From Fimicolochytrium jonesii (lineage: Eukaryota), in contig NW_026515678.1 in the NCBI RefSeq assembly GCF_025526975.1, positions 434,001 through 498,000 on the forward strand: a DNA stretch of 64,000 nt, read 5' to 3'. Shown piece after piece: positions 13,927 to 25,517 of the stretch. Made by a program: the position numbers and the translations under genes. The notes below the pieces were generated by a model that worked only from the letters and a program-made list of their open reading frames with translations, made no database searches and had not been told where the DNA came from. The stretch's first letter is position 1, and each line of letters opens with the position of its first letter.

Positions 13927-14457
13927 TGTTATGGACGACGCGTCCATACCATGCGCTTACCTCATGACAGCATCCCAACAGTCAGTCAATGTCAATTCCC
14001 TGTCAAAACCTGACATCTGCCAAACCTCGCAGCCGCACGCAGCTGCGCTACCCCACACCTGCCACTGCCTTCATTTCTCCACGCAGCCGCACGTAGCCAC
14101 ACCTCCCAACACTCGGCGCTTACAAACCCTTCTCCATACTTCCCCACGTACCCGCCCACAGCCTCAGCGTAGCCACCCCATCCCCGGTCTTCTGTTTCTA
14201 TGCTTCCCCACCCTTGGCGCTTCTCTTGGCTTCCCTCTCATTCCGTACCCTTCTGCTTCCCCACGCTTCCCCAGCCTTCCCAGAAAAACATAAATAGCCG
14301 CCTCCCCTGAGCTCCCCACTTCCTGATCCCCCCAGCAGATCAACACCAGTTCTTCCTAGTCTTGTTCTAGTTCTTGTTTCGGTCTGAATACCATTACCTG
14401 TCAACAACCTGCACCACAAGTCGCCTCTATTTCCATCGGCTCCGCCCATTCATAACA
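13927..14457 (+). repeat. 5' LTR of inner retrotransposon
   Basis: TGTTATGG...TCATAACA, near-identical to 19275-19805. Confidence 0.97.
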
Positions 14458-14469
14458 GTTTGATCTGCT
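14458..14469 (+). promoter_or_regulatory. Primer-binding site, self-priming type
   Basis: TTGATCTGCT (14460-14469) is the reverse complement of AGCAGATCAA (14334-14343), ~40 nt downstream of the LTR TATA-like box. No TGG tRNA-type PBS. The same PBS occurs at 13246. Confidence 0.7.
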
Positions 14470-14508
14470 CAACAACCCCCAGCCGCTGTACCTCCACGCC
14501 AAATCACC

Positions 14509-15435
14509 ATGTCCGACGCCCTTCCCCTCACGGCCGAAGCCTGGCAAGCCATGTGCAATGCGATTGACGAACTTCGAGCACAGAATACCACCCTACAAGC
14601 CGAACTAGCGCAAACCCAGACCACTGCCCCTGCCACCCACGCCCCCGAACCCAAAATCAGTCTCCCAGACAAATTTGATGGCACCCGAAGCAAGTTCCGT
14701 GGGTTCCTCAACCAGATCCGGCTCATGTTTGCCCTCCAACCCAGGCGCTACCCCAACGATCAGACCAAGATACGAACTATTGGCACCTACCTCACTGGCA
14801 CCGCCCAGGCCTGGCTGGCGCCCCTTGTCGAACAAGACCATCATTCCCTTACGAACCTGGATGATTTCATCCAGCAAATGCAAGCAGTCTTTGGAGACAG
14901 CGACAGGATCCGCACATCCGAAAACAAGCTCCAGAACCTTCAACAAACCCGTGCAGCAACAGAGTATGTAGCTGAATTTCGACAGCTGCAATGCGATGTG
15001 TCGTGGAATGACCAGGCATTGATTGCCACCTTCCGTCGCGGCCTCAAAGAAGACGTCAAGGACTTAGTGCTCACGATGCCCCCTACCGCCTCAATCGACA
15101 CTGTGATGGAACAGGCCATCCAATGTGACAACCGATTGTTTGAGCGCCGTCTAGAGCGAAGCAGGAACCGACAGTCATATGTGCCAGTTACCACTAGCCC
15201 CACCCTCATGAGCCCCGACAACCGCCCAGACGACCCTATGATCATTGACGCTGCTCGTCCGCGAGGACCCCTCACGCCGCTAGAGCGCCAACACCGCATC
15301 ACAAACAAACTTTGCCTCTACTCTGGTAAACCCGGCAACATAGCCAAACTCTGCCCGAACAAGATACGCACGGCGAATGTCGCGGTTAAGGAACCTGCAC
15401 CCATCCAGGATTTTGCCCAAGTCCAGCTGCAGTAA
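14509..15435 (+). CDS. gag: Gag of inner retrotransposon
   Basis: Intact 308-aa ORF with PDKFDG motif; the zinc knuckle is degenerate (CLYSGKPGNIAKLC). Confidence 0.92.
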   Translation: MSDALPLTAEAWQAMCNAIDELRAQNTTLQAELAQTQTTAPATHAPEPKISLPDKFDGTRSKFRGFLNQIRLMFALQPRRYPNDQTKIRTIGTYLTGTAQAWLAPLVEQDHHSLTNLDDFIQQMQAVFGDSDRIRTSENKLQNLQQTRAATEYVAEFRQLQCDVSWNDQALIATFRRGLKEDVKDLVLTMPPTASIDTVMEQAIQCDNRLFERRLERSRNRQSYVPVTTSPTLMSPDNRPDDPMIIDAARPRGPLTPLERQHRITNKLCLYSGKPGNIAKLCPNKIRTANVAVKEPAPIQDFAQVQLQ

Positions 15436-18400
15436 AGGCCGAGCAGCTGGGCAACACCTGTCCTGGGCCTTCTCACCACGCAAGTACTGCCAAGGGAGAA
15501 GCCACAAAACCTTGCTCCGATCCTGGCATCTCCAGCAACACCCTTCTCCTGACCACCAACAATGTCAATCTCCTATCTGAGATACCCTCACCCATGCGGA
15601 CTTTGGGCCCATCCTCACCATTCGAGTACCCTGTTACCCTGCAGATATCGGCCCAGCGAGCTCCAGTTCAGCTTTCAGCACTACTCGACACCGGTGCGAT
15701 GTCGTGCTTCATCGACGAAAGTTATGCCCGCAAGCACCGCATCCCACTTGTCAAGAAGGAGGACCCCATTGCGCTTGAACTGGTTGACGGACGTCCCAGC
15801 CATGCGGGCTCCATTACCCATCACACCCAACCTTTGGGCATGTGGGTCAACGACCATTTTGAGGAGGTGGTATTCCATGTGACATGTTCCCCGCATGCGC
15901 CAATCATCCTGGGGCTTCCCTGGTTTGAGCTCCATGATGTGGAGCTACACTGGAAGACTCGCACTCTTTGCGTCCGCTGCCATTGCGGTTTTGGACAATA
16001 CGCCTCCTGGGATGCCCTGCCAACAGAACCTAGCCCGAAGCCCTCAAAAACCCCTGAACCTCTGATCCGTATCCATCAAGACGAGATTTCAGTCTCCCTA
16101 GCCCAGACACCCAACACACTGGACCCAGCACCCACACCGATCCACGTATCGTTTATCAGCGCCCCAGCTTTCCGTGTGGCGGCAAGGCATGACCAGGCAT
16201 TCATTGCCTACGCCAATCCGACCAAGTCAGATTCCCAAGCCCTGGCGACCACTCCTCCAAAAGATCCGAAGGCCATCATTCCTGAAGAATACCAAGATTT
16301 TGCGGACGTCTTCGCCAAGAAGAACGCGGATACCCTCCCAGAGCACCGACCCTACGACTGCCCCATCGACTTAGAAGAGGGCAAACAGCCACCGTTCGGC
16401 CCGATCTATAGTCTCAGCGAGCCTGAAATGCAGGCACTCTGTGACTACCTTGAAGAGAACCTAGCTAAGGGGTTCATCAAGCACTCCAAGTCTCCCGCCG
16501 GTGCCCCAGTCCTCTTTGTCAAGAAAAAGGACGGTTCCCTCCGTCTGTGCGTCGACTATCGTGGACTCAACAATATCACCATCAAGAATCGCTATCCCTT
16601 GCCCTTGATTAACAGCATCATGGATCGTCTTCGAGGGGCACGCCGGCTCACCAAGATTGACCTCCGGGGAGCCTGCAACCTTCTTCGGATCCGGCCAGGG
16701 GATGAATGGAAGACAGCGTTCCGATGTCGCTACGGCCTATTCAAGTATAATGTCATACCGTTTGGGCACACCAATGCCCCTGGAGTATTCCAACACCTCG
16801 TGAACGACATATTCCGTGACATTCTCGACGTTTTTGTTGTGGTCTACCTTGACGACAGTCTGATCTTCTCAAAAAACCCAGAAGACCACCCCAACCACGT
16901 CCAAGAGGTGCTCTCACGACTCCGCCAGCACGGGCTGTATGCGAAACCGGAAAAATGCGAATTCAACCGTGACTCTGTTGAGTTCCTGGGGTTTATCATC
17001 TCTCAGCAAGGCATTTCCATGGACCCAAAGAAGACGGCTGCCATTACCAAATGGGAACCCCCGACGAATGTCAAAGGCATCCAACGCTTCCTTGGTTTTG
17101 CCAACTTCTACCGGCGATTCATCAAAGGGTACTCTGCGATCGTTGCACCCCTGACCTCGCTCACTCGCAAAGACTTGCCATTCAAATGGACCCACGCTGC
17201 ACACCTAGCTTTTGAAACCCTCAAGAAAGCCTTCACCTCCGCACCTATCCTGACTCACCCCGACCCTGACAAGCCCTTCATTGTCGAATCCGATGCCTCC
17301 GACTTTGCCCTTGGCGCCGTCCTCCTTCAACCCGATGACACAGATCAACTCCACCCCGTGGCCTTTCACTCCCGCAAATTTACTCCTGAGGAAATCAACT
17401 ATGAGATCTACGACAAGGAACTCCTGGCTATCCAAGACTCATTTGCTCAATGGCGACACCACCTCATTGGTGCCCGCCACAAGGTCATCGTTTACTGTGA
17501 CCACAAGAACCTCCAGTACTTCATGACTACCCGTACCCTCAACCGCCGCCAATCCCGCTGGTCAATCTTCTTTGCTGATTTTGACTTTGTCATCACATAC
17601 CGCCCTGGTACCCAGCAACACCAAGCTGACGCCCTCTCTCGTCGCTCTGAATACGAGCTAAGGGAGGGGGAAGAAGCATTCCGCTCCCAGGAAACCACGA
17701 TCCTCACCCCTGACCATCTCCGCCTGGCCGCCACTTATCTGACCCCACTGGACTCCTCGCTCCTTGACCAAATCAAAGCTGCCCTGGCATCCGATGTGTT
17801 TGCGCAAACCATCCGGCGACAGCTTAGGGCCCCCATTGCCCAGCAATCTCAAGAAGACCAAGAACGGATAAAGCGATTCTCCGAGGAAAATGGGGTTCTG
17901 CTGTACGACAACCTTGTCTACGTCCCCACCAACAAGCTCCGTGCTGAGATCTGCCGGGACATGCATGACACGCGTTTGGCAGGACACTACGGCATGTCAA
18001 AGACCCTGGAGCTCATCTCACGCAACTACTGGTGGCCTAGCCAGTGGCGTTTTGTCAAGTCCTACATCAGGTCCTGCGACGTATGTGCTCAAGCCAAGAC
18101 CAGCAGACACAAGCCCTACGGTCTCCTCTAACCCCTGCAGGTCCCTGACCGCCCCTGGGGGTCAATTTCCATGGACTTCATCACGGATCTACCCGCCAGT
18201 GATGGGGTTGATTCTGTGCTCGTTGTCATCTGCCGGTTCACCAAGATGGCGCACTTTGTACCGTGCAGGAAAACTGCCACCGCTGAGTCAACTGCAGATC
18301 TGATCTGGCACCATGTCATCCGGCTCCATGGACTCCCCGACGATATTGTATCTGACCGTGGCCCACAGTTCAACTCCCACTTCTGGAAACGTCTCTTCGC

Positions 18401-19262
18401 TCTCCTGGGAATCAAGGTCAACCTCTCATTGGCGTTCCATCCCCAGAGCGATGGACAAACCGAGCGGACCAATCAGATTCTTGAGCAATACCTTCGCTGC
18501 TTTTGCAACTATCAACAAGATAACTGGAAGGAACTCTTGTCTTCTGCTGAGTTCTCTTACAATAACACCATCCACTCCGCCACCCAGACAACCCCCTTCT
18601 ACGCCAACTATGGGTTCCATCCTCGATTCAGTCTGGCTTCCGCCACCACAACAGAATCCCTTAATCCTGCAGCCGAAGCTTGTGCCAACCATCTCAAGGA
18701 AATCCATGAACAGCTTGCCACTGAGCTCAAGGAGGCCCAAGGACGCATGAAGCGCTTTGCCGATGCTAAGAGGGCACCTGGCCCAGACATGAAACCCGGT
18801 GACAGTGTCTGGCTCTTACAGCGGAATCTCAAGACTCTCCGACCTTCCCAGAAACTTGATCACCGTAAGATTGGCCCCTTCACAATCACGGAGAAGATCA
18901 ACTCGGTCACATATCGCCTCAAGCTTCCCCCATCCTACAAAATTCACAACGTCTTCCATGTCTCCCTTCTTGAACCACGTTTCACCATTCCGGAGCGAAC
19001 TGAGCCAGAACCCACCCCACCAGAAGAAGTCGAAGGACAGGAGGAATGGATTGTGGAAGACATTCTTGACTCCCGTATTCGACGCACGCACCTTCAGTAC
19101 CTCATCCAGTGGCAGGGTTGGCCAAGCTCGGAGAACACATGGGAGCCAGTGGAACACCTTGCCCGATGTCAAGAGCTTGTAGCCCAGTTCCACCAAAAGT
19201 ACCCCGACAAACCCCGACCAAAGCCTGCCAACATCAAAACAACATCCGGACGCCGTGGCTAA
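15408..19262 (+). pseudogene. pol: Pol of inner retrotransposon (PR-RT-RH-IN-chromodomain), one premature stop
   Basis: The -1 frame is open from slippery site 15408 into ORF 15594. Motifs LLDTGA, YLDD, DASD, integrase core, chromodomain YLIQWQGW..NTWEP. A TAA at 18129-18131 replaces Gln in GLLQP; the frame continues into ORF 18171-19262. Confidence 0.93.
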
Positions 19263-19274
19263 AAGAGGGGGTGA

Positions 19275-19805
19275 TGTTATGGACGACGCGTCCATACCAT
19301 GCGCTTACCTCATGACAGCATCCCAACAGTCAGTCAATGTCAATTCCCTGTCAAAACCTGACATCTGCCAAACCTCGCAGCCGCACGCAGCTGCGCTACC
19401 CCACACCTGCCACTGCCTTCATTTCTCCACGCAGCCGCACGTAGCCACACCTCCCAACACTCGGAGCTTACAAACCCTTCTCCATACTTCCCCACGTACC
19501 CGCCCACAGCCTCAGCGTAGCCACCCCATCCCCAGTCTTCTGTTTCTATGCTTCCCCACCCTTGGCGCTTCTCTTGGCTTCCCTCTCATTCCGTACCCTT
19601 CTGCTTCCCCACGCTTCCCCAGCCTTCCCAGAAAAACATAAATAGCCGCCTCCCCTGAGCTCCCCACTTCCTGATCCCCCCAGCAGATCAACACCAGTTC
19701 TTCCTAGTCTTGTTCTAGTTCTTGTTTCGGTCTGAATACCATTACCTGTCAACAACCTGCACCACAAGTCGCCTCTATTTCCATCGGCTCCGCCCATTCA
19801 TAACA
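19275..19805 (+). repeat. 3' LTR of inner retrotransposon
   Basis: Direct repeat of 13927-14457, followed by TSD ACGTC. Confidence 0.97.
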
Positions 19806-20169
19806 ACGTCAAAGACCTGATGCTCACAATGCCCCCTGCGGCCACCATTGATGTGGTGATGGAGCAGGCTATCCAGTGCGATAACCGGCTGTTTGAGCGC
19901 CGCCTGGAGCAAAACAGAAGCCGCCAGACCTTCCCGGTTCCCCATACCTCGTTTACTACTACCACCACTGTCGACCACAGCGAGCCTATGCAGATTTACG
20001 CCGCTTGTCCCCGCGGCCCTCTGAGCCCTCAGGAACGCCAACGCCGCATTTCCAACAACCTCTGCCTTTACTGCGGTGGCGCGGGGCACATTGCAAAAGT
20101 CTGCCCCGTCAAGAACAAGACCACCACCCGTGCCGCCAACATTGACATCAAAGAACCCTCCACCAAACA

Positions 20170-23100
20170 GGGTTTTCCCAAAGTCCAGCCGCAGTAAAGC
20201 CCCAGCGACTGGACAACACACACCGCCCCGGGCCTCCTAACCTCGCAGCTCCTGCAACGGGAGAGGCCACCCCCCTGGTTCCCGACTCCGTTATAGCCGA
20301 CACAACCCTCCTAGCCGCTGCCCATGTCGAAAACTCCGAAATTAACCCCCGCGCCATGCTTGCGCTGGGTCCCGTCAAACCCTTCAACTACCCCGTTACC
20401 ATCATGGTATCATCCAGCCGCGCCCCGATACCTACCTCAGCCATGATCGACAACGGTGCCCTGTCCTGCTTCATCGACAGAGACTTTGCCCGCAAACACC
20501 GCATCGCCCTAGTCCCGCATCAGCGTCCACTGACGATCGAACTCGTTGACGGTCAACCCAGCTCTGCTGGGCCAATCACCCATCACACCCAACCAGTAGG
20601 CATGTGGGTCGACGACCACTTCGAAGAACTCGTCTTCCATGTCACCAAATCACCCCATGCTCCGATCCTCCTTGGACTCCCCTGGCTCCGCCTCCACGAC
20701 ATTAACCTTGACTTCAAGAACCTTTCGGTCGGTTTCCGTTGCGAATGTCAGTACCATGAATTCGCAAATTGGGACAACTCTCCAGCACCCCCGAGCCCAG
20801 CACCCGCCAGAACCCCCGAGCCCTTGATCCGCATCCCCCAGGATGAAGTTCCCGTCGACGAAACATGGTCGATTCCAGTACCCAAGGTATCTCGCTCCAG
20901 CACCCCAGAACCGGCTCCCACGCCGCTCCGAGTCTCGTTCATCTCCGCCCCAGCCTTCCGGGTCGCAGCAAGGCATGACCAGGTCTTTGCCGCCTACGTT
21001 AACCCTGCGAAACCCGATCTCCCAGCCTCGCCTAGCCCCAGTAACCCCCCGACACCCGAGAAAGACATCAAAGACTTCCTGCCCCCCGAGTATCAAGACT
21101 TCGCCAACGTTTTCGAAAAGAGAAATGCTGACACTCTCCCCGAGCACCGGCCCTACGACTGTCCAATCGATCTGGAAGAAGGCAAGCAGCCACCTTTCGG
21201 CCCGATCTACAGCCTCAGCGAACCAGAAATGAAGGCACTCTGCGAATACCTCGAAGAAAACCTCGCCAAAGGATTCATCAAACCCTCAAAGTCCCCTGCC
21301 AGTGCGCCAGTCTTATTCGTGAAGAAAAAGGACGGTTCTCTCCGCCTCTGCGTCGATTATCGAGGCCTAAACAGCATCACGGTGAAGAATCGCTACCCCC
21401 TGCTCCTGATCAACGGTATCATGGATTGTTTGCGCGGCGCCCGCCGTCTCACCAAGATCGACCTCCGCAGCGCTTAAAACCTCTTACGCATGCGCCCGGG
21501 CGATGAATGGAAAACCGCCTTCCGCTGCCGCTACGGCCTATTTGAATACAATGTCATGCGCTTTGGACTGAGCAATGCTCCTTGCGTCTTCCAGTACCTA
21601 ATGAACGACATCTTCCGCGACATTCTCGATGTGTTTGTTGTCGTCTACCTCGACGATATCCTGATATTCTCCAAGAACCCCGAAGATCACCCCAAACATG
21701 TCCGCAAAGTCTTGTCCCGCCTCCGACAGCATGGGTTGTACGCCAAACCAGAGAAGTGCGAATTCAACCGCGAATCCGTTGAGTTCCTAGGCTTCATCAT
21801 CTCCGAGAAAGGCATCCAGATGGACCCCAAGAAGATTGCTGCCATCACGGATTGGGAACCTCCCAAGACTGTCAAAGGCGTCCAGCGGTTCCTCGGCTTT
21901 GCCAACTTCTATCGCCGATTCATCCAGGGTTATTCCAAGATCGCTACCCCGCTCACAGCCCTGACCCGGAAAGACATCCCGTACGCCTGGACACCCGCCT
22001 GGACACCGCCTTCGAGAACCTGAAGAAAGCATTCACCACCGCCCCCATCCTTGCTCACCCTGACCCAGAGAAGCCCTTTGTCGTCGAAACTGACGCCTCC
22101 GACTTCGCTCTTGGCGCAGTTCTCCTCCAAACTGACCAGGACAATCAGCTCCACCCCGTGGCCTTCCACTCTCGCAAATTCACGGCCGAAGAGATCAACT
22201 ACGAGATCTACGACAAGGAACTTCTGGCCATCCAAGACTCCTTTGCCCAGTGGCGACACCATCTCATTGGCGCCCGTCACAAGATCACCGTTTACTCCGA
22301 CCATAAAAACCTTCAGTACTTCATGACCACCCGCACCCTGAACCGCCGCCAAGCCCGCTGGTCGATATTCTTCTCGGATTTTGACTTTGTCATTACCTAT
22401 TGCCCCGGTTCCCAGCAGCACCAAGCCGATGCCCTCTCCCGACGCTCCGAACATGAGCTTAAAAAGGGGGAAGAAGCGTTCCGCTCCCAGGCAACCACAA
22501 TTTTGACTCCCGAACGCCTTCGACTCGCCGCGGCCTACCTCACACCCATGGATACCACGCTGCTTGACAAGATTAAGGCCGCCCAGGCCTCTGATCCCCT
22601 CGCTAAGACCATTCGCCAACAGCTCAAGATACCCCTCGCCCAACGAACCGAGGAAACCCAAGATCGTATCAAGCGGTTCTCAGATGAAGACGGGATCCTG
22701 CTGCACGATAACCTGGTCTATGTCCCCACCAACGAGCTCCGAGCTGAAGTCTGCCACGACAAGCACGATACTCCCCTAGCCGGCCACTTTGGGATGTCCA
22801 AGACGCTCGAACTCGCCTCCCGCAACTACTGGTGGCCCAGCCAGTGGCGCTTCGTCAAGGCCTACGTCAAGTCCTGCGATACCTGTAGCAAAGCGAAATC
22901 CAGTCGACACAAACCATACGGCCTACTCCAGCCCAACAGTATCCCTACCCGCCCTTGGGGATCTTGGTCCCTGGACTTTATCACCGGTCTGCCTCCCGTG
23001 GACGGGTACGACTCCATCCTGAACGTCAACTGTCGCCTCACCAAGATGGCCCACTTCATCGCCTGCAGCGAGTCAGAATCCGCCGAATCCACCGCCGACC

Positions 23101-24079
23101 TAGTCTTCCACAACATCATCCGTCTCCACGGCCTCCCCGACGACGTCATCTCTGACCGAGGACCCCAGTTTAAGTCCCGGTTCTGGCGTTGACTTCTCGA
23201 ACTCCTTGGGGCAAAGCCAACCTCTCCTCGGCCTTCCACCCCCAGAGCGATGGCCAGACGGAACGCACCAACCAGATCCTGGAGCAGTATCTCCGATGCT
23301 TTTGCAACCACCAACAGGACAACTGGAAACAGCTTCTGTCGTCCGCCGAGTTCGCCTACAACAACACCCACCAGTCCGCCTCCCAGACCACCCCCTTCTA
23401 CGCCAACAAGGGTCTCCACCCCCGCTTCAGTTTCGCGGCCTCTGCTACCTCCGAATCCGTCAACCCCGCCGCTGAAGCCCGCGCTAAACAAATCAGGGAA
23501 GTCCATGAACAGCTCGCCCTCGAGCTCAAGGAAGCCCAAGATCAGATGAAGCGCTACGCCGACGCTAAATGAATTCCTGGACCGGACTTCAAGCCTGGCA
23601 ACCATGTCTGGCTCCTCCGCAAAAACCTCCAGACAGCCCGGCCCTCTCAGAAACTCGACCATCGCAAGATCAGGCCATTCCCCATTGTTGAAAAAATCAA
23701 TCCCGTCGCCTACCGGCTCAAGCTCCCGCCTACGTACAAAATCCACGATGTCTTCCATGTCTCGCTCCTCGAACCCCGCTTCACTATCCCCGAACGACAC
23801 GAACCCGAACCCGCGCCCCCAGAGACCGTTGAGGGTCAAGAAGAGTGGGTTGTCGAAGCCATCCTTGACTCTCGCATCCATTGTCGTCGCCTTCAGTACT
23901 TGGTCAAATGGCAGGGCTGGCCTGACTCCGAGAACACCTGGGAGCCCGTGGAACACCTCACCCATACCGACGCACTCCTCCAGGACTTCCACAGCGCGTA
24001 CCCCAACAAACCTTCCTCTGTCCCCGTAGCACCTCCTCTGCGGCCACACCAAACTCGACGCCGCCGCCGCCGCCGCTAA
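20170..24079 (+). pseudogene. pol: Pol of outer retrotransposon, multiply disrupted
   Basis: ORF pieces 20356-21477, 21490-22023, 21852-23192, 23189-23572 and a chromodomain near 23850-23950. Stops at 21477 and 23572; frameshifts near 21990-22010 (GCCTGGACACC duplication) and 23190. Confidence 0.92.
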
Positions 24080-24091
24080 AGAGAGGGGTGA

Positions 24092-24628
24092 TGTTATGGA
24101 CGACGCGCCCATACCATAAGCTTACCTACTGACAGCCGCCAATGTCAACCGCCAAATGTCAAACGCCAATGTCAATGTCAATGTCAGTGTCAATGTCAGT
24201 GTCAATGTCAATGTCAATGCCACTCCCCCCTCTCCTCTCATTTTGCCAATCCTCTTGCAATATCGCCACTCCTCCTCTCTCCTCTCATTTTGCCAATCCC
24301 CCCTTGGCTTCTCCACACCCCCCACTGCTTCCTCATAGCCAGCAGCTCTAGCAATGCTCTCTACGCTCGCCATGCACGCTCTAGGAGCATAGCTGGCGCC
24401 CCCCAGTCCCCTCTTGTTGTTGTTGTTCTCTGATCTGCTGGGTTGCCTATCTATAAATAGCCGGCCTCTCTTCGTCCATTCCCTTCCTCCCCAGCAGATC
24501 AACACCAGTTCTTCTCATCTCCTGTTCTAGTCCTTGTTTCTTGTTTTGCCAATACAATCTCTTGTCGCCTATCACACCTGCCCTGTCTTCTCTACTTCGC
24601 TTCCGCCCACGTCGTCGAGATCATAACA
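24092..24628 (+). repeat. 3' LTR of outer retrotransposon
   Basis: Direct repeat of 12695-13245 with roughly 25 substitutions and a 12-bp shorter microsatellite (hand count). Confidence 0.95.
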
Positions 24629-25517
24629 ATCCTGGGGAGGAAACAGAGCCCATAACTCGTCGAGGACGGTCCGCTCAAGTCGTGTGAGGCGCGCAAACTC
24701 TTCTTCGGTTGGAAACTCTTCAAACGTCGCATACTTTTTAAACTGACGGACACGCTGATAATAGTGTCGCCGCTGCGCTCGGTTGACTCCAGCTCTACGG
24801 AGATGCAGTACGACTTGCTTCAAACCAAGCCTTTCATTGACGTAGCGCAGAAAAATTTGCATGAAATGCTCTTGTACGTTAACTTTGAGGTTTGTGAAGA
24901 TGCTCGTAGCCGTGTACGCTGCGGTCTGATGGCAATACTGCATGCGGATGGGGGCGAATCCGTGAACATCACAGTAGTCTTGAACCCATGGATGCAACAC
25001 TTGCACGATGACCGGATTGCCGTTGTAGCCTGGATTGTTTAGCAGCTCAAATATCACACTGATGTGCTTGTCGGTGATGTCCGGGAAATCGTGTAGAGGA
25101 TGATCAGCTGTGGTGGGGGGCAGACGTAGCAGTCAGGACATTGGTTTATGGGAAATATACTGTGTACCTCAAAAACTCACCAAGGTAGTACTTGAGAAAA
25201 AAGCTGGTGTGGCGCGCAAGGATGTGAACATTGCCGACGAATGTTGTCAGGCGCTCCCTTTGCTCCCTTTGAACTTGATTATGGATGATTCGGTGAAGCA
25301 AAACCTTGGTGCTGGCATGTGTTTGCGGGCGGGGTCGTTGAGCTGGTGGTGGTGGCGGGGGTTCATACACCAGGGATCCACCCGGTGTGCTGGGAAAACG
25401 GAAAGGGATGGGCGCGGGAAGGTTCAGTGGGCGCTGCAGACCCCTGTCCGCAGGTGAAAGCCCTCGCTGCGGCTGCTGCTGCTGCCTGTCTTCATCGCCG
25501 GAGCTCTCGCCAACCAT
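24629..25517 (-). pseudogene. Fanzor1, N-terminal part (WED-I/REC), truncated by the LTR
   Basis: Splicing intron 25108-25180 gives 'STKVLLHRII...VGNVHILARHTSFFLKYYLADHP..PDITDK...YTATSIFTNLKVNVQEHFMQIFLRYVN...LFPPQD|LTR', matching the Fanzor1 N-terminal pattern (H.F.K.Y.L; T...NN.K.HF..Y..RYVN). Start may be 25517 or 25715. Confidence 0.8.

Larger units (their letters stand above)
13927..19805 (+). mobile_element. Ty3/Gypsy chromovirus LTR retrotransposon (inner, young)
   Basis: 531-bp LTRs at 13927-14457 and 19275-19805 differing at about 2 positions; perfect 5-bp TSD ACGTC (13922-13926, 19806-19810); PPT AAAAGAGGGGG before the 3' LTR. Confidence 0.97.
13315..20197 (+). pseudogene. Gag of outer element, split at KEDV/KDL by the inner retrotransposon (13315-13926 + 19811-20197)
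   Basis: PEKFDG retrotransposon-gag motif; the C-terminal part carries the CCHC knuckle CLYCGGAGHIAKVC. Frame is restored when 13927-19810 is removed. Confidence 0.9.
12695..24628 (+). mobile_element. Ty3/Gypsy chromovirus LTR retrotransposon (outer, degenerate), interrupted by nested element
   Basis: TG..CA LTRs at 12695-13245 and 24092-24628; PPT AAAGAGAGGGG at ~24078; gag, PR, RT (YLDD), RNase H, IN and chromodomain with several stops/frameshifts. Flanks GTGCA / ATCCT do not match. Confidence 0.95.

Noticed and set aside
22862..24112. 416-aa minus-strand ORF
   Set aside because: Antisense to the degenerate integrase/chromodomain of the outer retroelement.
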